A stretch of DNA of 36,426 nucleotides from Malacoraja senta. Lineage: Eukaryota. The notes beneath the pieces are model-generated. The model worked only from the letters and a program-made list of their open reading frames with translations. It was not told the origin of the DNA and did no database searches. Made by a program: the position numbers and the translations under genes. How positions within the stretch are numbered: the first letter of the stretch is position 1; each line of letters opens with the position of its first letter. The stretch is from NCBI GenBank assembly GCA_038087875.1, contig JAXLNO010000500.1, positions 1-36,426 of the forward strand. Reading direction: 5' to 3'. Below, piece by piece: positions 13,047 to 21,902 of the stretch.

Positions 13047-15071
13047 GAGGGATAGTATCAAAGCAAACGATGATGCGTACAAATTAGCCAGAAAAAGCAG
13101 CATACCAGAGGACTGGGAGAAATTCAGAGACCAGCAGAGGAGACCAAGGGCTTAATTAGGAAAGGGAAAATAGATTATGAAAGAAAACTGGCAGGGAACA
13201 TAAAAACTGACTGCAATTTTTTTTATAGATATGTGAAGAGAAAAGAGATTAGTTAAACAAACGTAGGTCCCTTGCAGTCAGAAACAGGTGAATTGATCAT
13301 GGGGAACAAGGATATGGCGGACCAATTGAATAACTACTTTGGTTCCGTCTTCACTAAGGAAGACATAAATAATCTGCCGGAAATAGCAGGGGGACCGCGG
13401 GTCAAAGGAGATGGAGGAACTGAGTGAAATCCAAGTTAGTCGGAAGTGGTGTTGGGTAAATTGAATGGATTAAAGGCCGATAAATCACCAGGGCCAGATA
13501 GGCTGCATCCCAGAGTACTTAAGGAAGTAGCTCCAGAAATAGTGGATGCATTAGTGATAATTTTTCAAAACTCTTTAGATTCTGGAGTAGTTCCTGAGGA
13601 TTGGAGGGTAGCAAACGTTAACCCCACTTTTTAAGAAGGGAGGGAGAGAGAAAACGGGGAATTACAGACCAGTTAGTCTAACATCGTAGTGGGGAAACTG
13701 CTAGAGTCAGTTATAAAGATGGGATAGCAAGCACATTTGGAAAGTGGTGAAATCATTGGACAAAGTCAGCATGGATTTACGAAAGGTAAATCGTGTCTGG
13801 ACGAATCTTATATAATTTTTCGAGGATGTAACTAGTAGAGTGGATAGGGGAGAGCCAGTGGATGTGTTGTATCTGGACTTTCAGAAGGCTTTCGACAAGG
13901 TCCCACATAAGAGATTAGTATACAAACTTAAAGCACACGGTATTGGGGTTCAGTATTGATGGGATGAGAACTGGCTGGCAAACAGGAAGCAAAGAGTAGG
14001 AGTAAACGGGTCCTTTCACAATGGCAGGCAGTGATTAGTGGGGTACCGCAAGGCTCAGTGCTAGGACCCAGCTATTTACAATTTATATTAATGAACTCGA
14101 TGAGGGAATTGAAGGCAACATCTCCAAGTTTGCGGATGACACTAAGCTGGGGGCAGTGTTAGCTGTGAGGAGGATGCTAGGAGACTGCAAGGTGACTTGG
14201 ATAGGCTGGGTAAGTGGGAAAATGTTTTGGCAGATGCAGTATAATGTGGATAAATGTGAGGTTATCCACTTTGGTGGCAAAAACAGGAAAGCAGTCTATT
14301 AACTAAATGGTGGCCGATTAGGAAAAGGGGAGATGCAGCGAGACCTGGGTGTCATGGTACACCAGTCATCGAAAGTAGGCATGCAGGTGCAGCAGGCAGT
14401 GAAGAAAGCGAATGGTATATTAGCTTTCATAGCTAAAGGAATTGAGTATAGGAGCAGGGAGGTTCTACTGCAGTTGTACAGGGTCTTGGTGAGACCACAC
14501 CTGGAGTATTGCGTACAGTTTGGTCTCCAAATCTGAGGAAGGACATTATAGCCATAGAGGGAGTGCAGAGAAGGTTCACCAGACTGATTCCTGGGATGTC
14601 ATGTCTTTCATATGAAGAAGACTGGATAGCCTTGGCTTATACTCGCTAGAATTTAGGAGATTGAGAGGGGATCTTATAGAAACGTACACAATTCTTATGG
14701 GGTTGGACAGCCTAGATGCAGCAGATTGTTCCCGATGTTGGGGAAGTCCAGGACAAGGGGTCACAGCTTAAGGTTAAGGGGGGAAATCCTTTAAGACCGA
14801 GATGAGGAAAAACTTTTTCACACAGAGAGTGGTGAATCTCTGGAACTCTCTGCCACAGAGGATAGTTGAGGCCAGTTTATTGGCTACATTTAAGAGGGAG
14901 TTAGATGTGGCGCTTGTGGCTAAGGGGATCAGGGGGTATGGAGAGAAGGCAGGTACGGGATACTGAGTTGGATGATCAGCCATGATCATATTGAATGGCG
15001 GTGCAGGCTCGAAGGGCCGAATGGCCTACTCCTGCACCTAATTTCTATGTTTCTATGTTTCTATGTTTCTA
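13047..15071 (+). mobile_element. 5'-truncated CR1 LINE, ~2.0 kb, frameshifted ORF2 reverse-transcriptase domain plus intact 3' UTR and tail
   Basis: Motifs present: LKADKSPGPDRLHPRVLKE...PEDWRVANV (13446-13620), NYRPVSLTS (~13660), YLDFQKAFDKVPH (~13870), SGVPQGSVLGP (~14037), SKFADDTKL (~14122) and LYRVLVRPHLEYCVQF (~14474). The ORF stops at GTGY* (~14965) and is followed by a (TTTCTATG)3 tail. Several 1-bp indels break the frame. Confidence 0.97.
15000..15038 (+). other. CR1 3' UTR stem-loop (candidate reverse-transcriptase recognition element)
   Basis: GGTGCAGG...CCTGCACC forms an 8-bp stem with an inner GGCC-GAAT-GGCC hairpin, directly upstream of the 8-bp tail repeats. An identical copy lies at 12810-12848. 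Confidence 0.75.
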
Positions 15072-17020
15072 AACACATGTAAACTCCTGGAAATCCCTAT
15101 AAAACTCTCTAAAACCCTCTGAACCCCTTTACACCCTTCTAAACCTCTCTACACCTGTGAACACCTGTAGACCCCTTTAAACCCTAACCCTGTAAATCCT
15201 ACTAAACCCCTGTAAACAACTCTAAATCCCTCTAAACCCCTCTAAACACATGTAAACCCCCTGCAAACGCATGTAAACCCCTCTAAACACCCCTATCCCC
15301 CTGTTAACGCCTCTAACCCCCTGTAAACCCCTGTAAACACCTCCAAAGCACTCTAACCCCCTCTAAACCCCTACTAACCCATACAAACCGCTCTAAACCT
15401 ATCCAGTGCCCTGCAATCCCTCTCCAATTCCCTCCAAACCCCTCGAAATCCCATCCAAACCCCTCGAGTCCCCTCTAAACCCCTATAAAGCGCTCTAAAC
15501 CCATCTAAACACCCTGTAAACCACATGTAAACCCGGCTAACGCCCTGTGAACCCCTGTAAACTCTCTAAACCCATATACATCCCTCTAAACCAGCTTCAA
15601 CCCCTCTAAACCCATGTAAACCTCTGTAAACCTCTCTAAAACCCTCTAAACTCCTCCAAACCTCTCTAAACACCTGCAAATACCTGCAAACCCCTTTAAG
15701 CACTCTAAACCTATCTAAACCGTCTAAACCCCTCTAAATCCCTGTAAATCCCTCTAAACCCCTGTAAACCCCTCTAAACACCTGTAAACCCATCTAACCT
15801 CTAATCCCCTGCAAATCCTGTAAACCCTCTAAGCCCCAGTAAACGCCCGTAAACCCCTGTAAACCCCTCTAGACCTATGTAAACCCCCTATGAAGCCTCT
15901 AAACCATCTAACCCCCTTGTAAACCCCATGTAAATCTCTCTAAACCCCTGTAAACCTCTCAATACCCCTATAACGCATGTAAAGACATCTAAACCTCTCT
16001 AAACCCATGCAACCCTCTGTAAACAACATGTAAACACCTAAACACCTGTAAACCCCTGTAAACCTCTCTAAACACATGTAAACCCTGTAAATTCCTGTAA
16101 CCCCTCTAAAGCCCTCTAAAACACTCTACACCCCTCTAAACCCATGTAATCCCCTCTAAACCCATTTAAACTCCAAACCACTGTAAACCCCTGTAAACCC
16201 CTGTAAACTCCAGTAAAGCGCTCTAAACAAACTCTGAACCCATCTAAAGCCCCGTAAACCACTGTAAACCTCAAAATCCACCAAAATCCATCTAAACCCT
16301 GTAAAACCCTGTAGACCCTCTGTAAACTCCTCTAAACTCATCTAAACCCATCTAAACCCCGCTGGAACACTCCAGACACTTCTAAACCCACTCTAAACCC
16401 CTCTAAGCTCCTATAGTCCCCTCTAAACCACTCAAACTCCTCCATACCCCTCTAAACCCCACTAAACCCCTCCAATCCCTTTCCAAACACCTCTAAACCC
16501 CTCCAAACACCTCCAAACCCCTTATAAATCCCATGTAAACCGCTCTAAACCCTTCCAACCCCCTCCAAATCCCTCTAAACCACTAGACCCCCTCCAAACA
16601 CCTCCAAACACCTCCATACCCCTCAAAACCTTATAAACCAATTTAACCAGCTCCAACCCCCTCCAACCCCCTCTAAACCCCTCTAAACACCCTATAAACC
16701 TCTCGAAACTCAGGAAACCCCTCGTAATACCTCTAACCCTCTCGAAACACCTCTAAACCCCTCGAAACCTCGCGAAACCCTTTTGAACCCCTCGTAACAC
16801 CTCTAAAGCACGAATAACCCTTCTAAACAGCTGTAAACCACTGAAAACCCCTCTAAACACCTCTAAACCCATGTAAACCGCTCTAACCGCCTCTAAACCC
16901 ACTTAAATCCCTCTAAACCCCCTCTAAACCGAAAACCCTCTAAACACCTCTAAACACCTCGATGCCCCTCTAAACCCCTCTAATTCCCTCTAAACCCATC
17001 TAAACCCATCTAATCCCCTC
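15072..17020 (-). repeat. Degenerate 10-bp tandem array (CCCCTCTAAA)n, i.e. TTTAGAGGGG on the minus strand, ~1.95 kb
   Basis: Units cccctctaaa, ccctgtaaa, cctccaaa and cctcgaaa recur throughout, with strong C-over-G strand skew. Confidence 0.95.
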
Positions 17021-17044
17021 AAATGTCCAGACGTAAGAACAGCT

Positions 17045-17157
17045 TCGCACAGGAAGGAGCTGCAGTTGCTGCTTTCAACCGAAGATAGACAAAAAAGCTG
17101 GAGTAACCCAGCGTGACAGACAGCATCTGTGGAGAAAAGGGTCTCGAAAAGGAACTG
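17045..17157. repeat. Fragment of a short interspersed repeat, possibly a Penelope-like pseudo-LTR remnant
   Basis: The motif ...aaagctggagtaacccagcgtgacagacagcatctgtggag recurs at 17452-17495 and in inverted form at 19708-19752 and 20045-20155. The Penelope assignment rests on my recollection of elasmobranch repeats and is unverified. Confidence 0.35.
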
Positions 17158-17159
17158 TG

Positions 17160-17410
17160 CGAGTCCGCACTGACCAGCGATCCCCACACATTATCGATGT
17201 CCGGCACACACTGGGGACAACTTACATTTAAACCTGTATATCTACAAGCCTGCGCGTCCTTGGAGTTTGGGAGGAAATTGAAGATGTCGGAGAAACTCCA
17301 CGCGGTCAGGGGGAGAACGTACAAACTCCGTACAGACGGCACCCTTCGTCTGGATTGAACCCGCGTCTCTGGCGCTGTAAAGCAGCAAATCTACCGCTGT
17401 GCCACCGTGC
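17160..17410 (-). mobile_element. tRNA-derived V-SINE (HE1-like), tail truncated
   Basis: On the minus strand it begins GCACGGTGGCACAGCGGTAG (A box) and has B box GGTTCAATCC (17352-17361). The V-domain-like GGAGTTTGTACGTTCTCCCC...TTTCCTCCCA follows. Confidence 0.85.
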
Positions 17411-17492
17411 TGGATAGCTTGAGCTCAGAAACGCAAGTATAACATATCTGGTCACAAACATCTGGAGTAAATGCGGGGCAGGCAGCATCTCT

Positions 17493-17611
17493 GGGGAAAA
17501 TCCACGCGGTCACGGGGAGAACGTACAAACCGTCAGACGGGCGGCCGTTGGTCGAAATCGAACCCGGGTCTCTGAACCTGTGAGGCAGCAACTCTATCGC
17601 TGCGCCACTGT
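17493..17611 (-). mobile_element. V-SINE 5' half (tRNA-like head)
   Basis: The minus strand reads ACAGTGGCGCAGCGATAGAGTTGCTGCCTCACAG, then B box GGTTCGATTTC (17554-17564), then TTTGTACGTTCTCCCCGTGACCGCGTGG. Confidence 0.82.
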
Positions 17612-17747
17612 TTACTCCCATAATTTCCCTTTACTGGTGCCATCCCCCTAAATCCCCATTTAATGGTGTCCTCCCCTATTTCACCATTTAATGTTGCGCT
17701 CCCCTAATTCCCATTTATTAGTGCCCTCCCGTAATTCCCCATTTACT
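17612..17747 (-). repeat. 28-bp minisatellite, about 5 copies (left arm)
   Basis: Units like ccccatttaatggtgtcctcccctattt; the block is the reverse complement of 19451-19590. Confidence 0.85.
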
Positions 17748-18052
17748 GAGGCTCGCTCTTTTCGCACTACGCTCGCAGCTTGTGCGCCCGGCTCGTAGTT
17801 TGCGGACGAGGTTCGCAGCTTTAGTACCAGGCTCGCACTTTTCGGACCAGCTTGCACTTTTCGGACCAGGCAGGCATTTTTCGCAGACTGCTCGTACTTT
17901 TCGCACCAGTCTCGCAATTTTCGCACAAGACTCGCAGTTTTCGCACCAGGCTCCCACATTTCGCAGCAGGCTCCCACTTTCGCAGCAAGCTCTCACTTTT
18001 CGCACCAGGCTCGCACTTTTTGAGCCAGTTCACAGTTTTCGCACCAGGATCG
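17748..18052 (-). repeat. Satellite B, 20-bp monomer (TTTTCGCACCAGGCTCGCAC), about 15 copies (left arm)
   Basis: Clear 20-bp periodicity; reverse complement of the units at 18541-19450. Confidence 0.92.
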
Positions 18053-18540
18053 CTCTGTTTACCAAGGGTTGTGTTTACCAGAGGTAGTGTTTACTAGGGG
18101 AAGTGTTTGCCAAGGGACGTGTTTAACAAAGGTCATGTTCCCAAAGAGTCGTGTTTCTCAAAGGTCGTGTTTGCCAATGTTCATGTTCACCAACCGTTGT
18201 GTTTGCTAAAGGTCGTGTTTGCTAAAGGTCGTGTTTACCAAGGGTCGTGTTTGCCTAGGCTCATGTTTACCAAGCGTTGTGCCTACAAAGACTGTCTACC
18301 AAGGGTGGTGTGTACCAAGGGCTGCGACTACCCAAGGTTGTGTCGACGAATGGCTCTGTCTCCTAAGGGCTGTGTCTACCAAGTGTTGTCTCTACCAAGG
18401 GGTTTGCTTACCAAGGGTTGTGTTTACCCAGGGTTGTGTCAAACGAAGCTTAAATCTACCAAGCTTTGTTTCGGCCAAGTTTTGTTCATACCACGGGTTG
18501 TGTCTACTAAGGGTTGTGACGACAAAAGTTTGTGTCTATC
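18053..18540 (+). repeat. Palindrome core: degenerate ~18-20-bp tandem repeat (GTGTTTACCAAGGGTTGT-like)
   Basis: Units tgtttaccaagggttg, tgtttgctaaaggtcg and tgtctaccaagggtg all lie in one orientation between the two inverted satellite B arrays. Confidence 0.88.
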
Positions 18541-19450
18541 TCGCGAGTCTGGTGCGAAAAGGGCGAGCGTGGTGCGAATAGTGCGAGCCTCGTGCGAAAA
18601 ATGCGAGCCTGGTGCCAAACGTGCGAGCCTGCTGCGAAATGTGGGAGCCTGGTGCGAAAACTGCAATCCTGGTGCGAAAACTGGGAGCCTGGCGCAAAAA
18701 CTGCGACCGTGGTGCGAAAAGTGCGATCCCGCTGCGAAAAGAGCGAGTCTATTACGAAAAGTGTGATCCTGGTACGAAAAGTGCGAGCCTGGCGTAAAAA
18801 CTACGAGACTGGTGCGAAAAGTCCGGGTCTGGTGCGAAAAGAGCGATTGTGGTGCGAAGAGTGCGAACCGGCTGCAAAAAAATGCGAGCCTGGTGCTAAA
18901 ACTGCCAGCCTGGTGCGAAAACTGAGATCATGGTGCGAAAGTTGTAATCCTGGCGGAGAACTGCGAGCCTGGTGCGAAAGATGCGAGCCTGGTGAGAAAG
19001 CTTCGCGCCTGGTGCTAAAAGTGCGAGCTTGGTGCGATAGGTGCGAGCCTGGTGCGAAAGATGCGAGCCTGGTGCGAAAGGTGCGAGTCTGGTTCAAAAA
19101 GTGCGAGCCGCCAGCGAAAAAAAGCGAGCCTGGCGCAAAAAATGCGAGCCTGGTGCGAAAACTGCGAGCCTGGTGCGAAATCTGCGAGCCTTGTGCGAAA
19201 AATGCGAGCCTGGTGAGAAAAGTAGGAGCCTGGTAGCGAAAACTGCGAGCCTTGTGCGAAATTTGCGAGTGGAGTGCAAAAACTGCGAGCCTGGTGCGAA
19301 AAGTATGAGCCATCTGCGAAAAATGCCGGCCTGGTCCGAAAAGTGCGATCTGGTGCGAAAAGTGCCAGCCTGCTGCAAAACCTACGAACCTCGTCCGCAA
19401 ACTAGGAGCCGGGCGCACGCTACGAGCCTGGTGCGAAAAGAGCGAGCCTC
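18541..19450 (+). repeat. Satellite B, 20-bp monomer (GTGCGAGCCTGGTGCGAAAA), about 45 copies (right arm)
   Basis: Clear 20-bp periodicity; each monomer is a pair of TGCGA-containing 10-mers. Confidence 0.95.
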
Positions 19451-19590
19451 AGTAAATGGGGAATTAGGGGAGGACACTAATAAATGGAGAATTAGGGGAG
19501 CGCAACATTAAATGGTGCATTAGGGGAGGGCACCAGTCAATGGGGATTTAGAGAATGGCACCAATAAATGGGAAATTATGGGAGGGCGCC
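19451..19590 (+). repeat. 28-bp minisatellite, 5 copies (right arm)
   Basis: agtaaatggggaattaggggaggacact / aataaatggagaattaggggagcgcaac / attaaatggtgcattaggggagggcacc / agtcaatggggatttagagaatggcacc / aataaatgggaaattatgggagggcgcc. Confidence 0.92.
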
Positions 19591-19595
19591 AGTAA

Positions 19596-19711
19596 ACAGT
19601 AGCGCAGCGGAAGAGTTGCTGCCTCACAGGTTCAGACCCGGGTTCGATTCCGACCACGGCCGCCGTCTGTACGATTTGTACGTTCTCCCCGTAACCGCGT
19701 GGATTTTCTCC
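19596..19711 (+). mobile_element. V-SINE 5' half (tRNA-like head)
   Basis: Begins ACAGTAGCGCAGCGG (A box) and has B box GGTTCGATTCC at 19641-19651; mirror copy of 17493-17611. Confidence 0.82.
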
Positions 19712-19793
19712 AGAGATGCTGCCTGCCCCACTGTTACTCCAGATTTTTGTGACCACATATGTTATATCTGCGTTTCTAAGCTCAAGCTATGCA

Positions 19794-20041
19794 GCACGCT
19801 AGCACAGCGGTAGTTGCTGCCTTACAGCGCCAGAGACGCGGGTTCAATCCCGACCAAGCGTGCTGTCTGTACGGAGTTTGTACGTTCTCCCACTGACCGC
19901 GTGGAATTCCCCGACATCTTCGGTTTCCTCCCAAACTCCAAATACGCGCAGGCTTGTAGATATACAGGTTTAAATGTAAATTGTCCCCAGTGTGTGTAGG
20001 ACATTGATAATGTGTGGGGATCGCTGGTCAGTGCGGATTCG
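19794..20041 (+). mobile_element. tRNA-derived V-SINE (HE1-like), tail truncated
   Basis: A box TAGCACAGCGG (~19800), B box GGTTCAATCC (19841-19850) and a V-domain-like core; mirror copy of 17160-17410. Confidence 0.85.
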
Positions 20042-20181
20042 CACAGTTCCTTTTCGAGACCCTTCTCTCCACAGATGCTGTCTGTCACACTGGGTTACTC
20101 CAGCTTATTGTGTATATGTTCAGTTGAAAGCAGCATCTGCGGCTCAGTTTCTGTGCGAAGCTGTTGTTACGTCTGGGCATT

Positions 20182-21900
20182 TGAGTGGTTTAGAAGGGGA
20201 TTTGAGGGGGTTTAGAGGTATTTATAGGGGGATTAGATGGGTTTAGATAAGTTTAGAGGGCGTTAGAAGTGTGTTGAGTGGTTTGGAAGGGCTTAGAAGG
20301 GTCGAGAGGGGTTTCGAGGGGTTTCAAGGGGTTTAGATGGGTTTACAGGGAGGTAGTGGGGTTTACAGTGGTTTAGAGGTATTAGAGGGCTTTAGAGGTG
20401 TTTAGAGTGGTTTAAACGTGTTGAGGGTTAAACGGGTTTAGAGAGATTTAGAGGGGTTAGAGCTGTTTGGAGGGGTTTAGGTTTAGAGGGATATCGATGG
20501 CTTTTTGATGGGTTTAGAGCGGTTCAAAGGGGTTCAGAGGGGTTTAGAGGGGTCTAGACGGGTATAGACGGGTTTGAACGTGTTTAGAGCTGTTTTGAGG
20601 TGTTCACTATGGTGGAAGGCACAGAAAATCGCCAGTCCTGCTCCATTTCCCCCGTGGGAGGGACCTCAACCCTCCGCCGTCACCGCTGCTGGTGTCCAGA
20701 TGTGGAGACAAGGTAAAGTCCAGGTAAGTCCTAAATCGGTGCTTCCCTACCGGAGACCGCGGCTTCAGGTTGGTGTAGGCCGCAAGCCGGCGGTCGAAGA
20801 ACTAAAGTCCCCGCCGCGCCGCAGCCAGAAGCACCGCAGACCGCAGGGCCGGCAGTCGGAGCCCCTCTCCATGGATACCCGGCGAGAGACCCCACTCCTG
20901 ATGGTAGTCCACGCCACGCCAGCGGTAGAAGTAGGCCGCGGGCCGGCGGTCGGAGCTCTTCTCCTCCATGGTAGCCAACGAGGGATCCCAGGCTCCGGAC
21001 GCCGCGCAAGCCTGAAGCACCGCAGTTCGCGGCTTCTGGATGATGTAGGCCGCGGGCCGACCGTCGGAGCTCTTCTCCAGGGATCCCCGGCGAGGGACCC
21101 GCTCCTGATGGTAACTCCACGCCGCGCCCGCGGTAAAAGTTGGCCGCGGGCCGGCGGTCGGAGCTCTTCCCCTCCCGGGTCCCCAACGAGGGATCCCATG
21201 CTGCTCCGCAGACCTGGTTGCCGCGGGCCAGCGAAAGGAGCGCTCACCTCCGGCGATCCCCGGCGAGACATCGCCCGCTCCGCGAGGAAAGAATGCTCGC
21301 CCCGGGCGCGTCTCGATGTTAGGCCACTGGGGAGGCGACATAGAAAAAGTCGCCCCTCCGTGGAGGAGGCGACCGAAACGGTTTCCCCCTTAACACCCTC
21401 CCCCACCCCCGCAAACCACCCCACACAAGACACACAAAGAAACATTAAAAACATACATTAGGACATACGGAAAAAACAAGAACATTAGAAAGAACGAACA
21501 CGCTGCTGTCAGGGCTGCCGGCTTGCAGCGCCCCCCACAGAACCGTGTTTAGAGTGGTTTAGAGGGTTTAGCGAGGTTTCGTGGGGTTTCGAGGGGTTTC
21601 GATGGGGTTAGAGGGGCATAGAGGGGCATAGCGTGGCTAAGGGGGGTTTAGAGGGGGTTAGAGTGATTTCGAGGGGTTTCAAGCGGTTTAGAGGGCTTTA
21701 GAGGTATTTAGAGTACTTTAGAGGGGTTTAGAGGGCTTTAGAGGTTTGGAGGGATTTAGAAGGGTTTAGAGGGGTATAGAGCGGTTAGAGGGGTGTAGAG
21801 GTCTTCAGAGGGGTTTAGGTGTTTAGAGTGGTTTAGAGGGTATAGAGGGGATTACAAGGGTTTAGAGGGGTTTAGAGGGGTCAGAGGATTTAGAGGGGAT
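20182..21900 (+). repeat. Degenerate 10-bp tandem array (TTTAGAGGGG)n, split by an insertion into 20182-20602 and 21545-21900
   Basis: Units tttagagggg, tttcgagggg and tttagagtgg; opposite strand to 15072-17020. Confidence 0.93.
20603..21540. mobile_element. Unclassified GC-rich ~940-bp insertion with internal subrepeats
   Basis: Composition changes sharply inside the 10-mer array. The motif GGCCGCGGGCCGGCGGTCGGAGCTC recurs about 6 times, 20841-20995 is duplicated at about 21050-21205, and an A/C-rich tract lies at 21390-21500. It is absent from the left arm. Confidence 0.55.
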
Positions 21901-21902
21901 TA

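Noticed and set aside
15072..17020. True interstitial telomere
   Set aside because: The unit is a 10-mer, and CCCTAA occurs only sporadically (for example near 15182), not as tandem runs.
17045..17157. Hammerhead ribozyme in the putative Penelope-like fragment
   Set aside because: The catalytic core (CUGANGA...GAAA with flanking stems) is not present in these truncated copies.
17748..19450. CENP-B box resemblance in satellite B (TTCG-CACC-A-GG-CTCG)
   Set aside because: Only 7 of 9 core positions match and I saw no copy with CGGG. CENP-B box function is established in mammals, not here.
18107..19511. Cys/Lys-rich ORFs resembling zinc-finger or metallothionein proteins (CEKCEPGAK)
   Set aside because: These are translations of satellite B and the core repeat, and the same motifs appear in all frames.
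19596..19860. tRNA genes
   Set aside because: The A/B boxes run straight into V-SINE body sequence and no complete cloverleaf is evident.
17021..20182. Palindrome as a fold-back read or assembly artefact
   Set aside because: The arms differ by roughly 10-15% with different array lengths, and a distinct 490-bp core separates them. An artefact would give near-identical arms.
20574..21461. 295-aa Arg/Pro/Gly-rich ORF and overlapping antisense ORFs
   Set aside because: It starts at a TTG inside the 10-mer repeat, several frames are open because of high GC content, and there is no recognisable domain.
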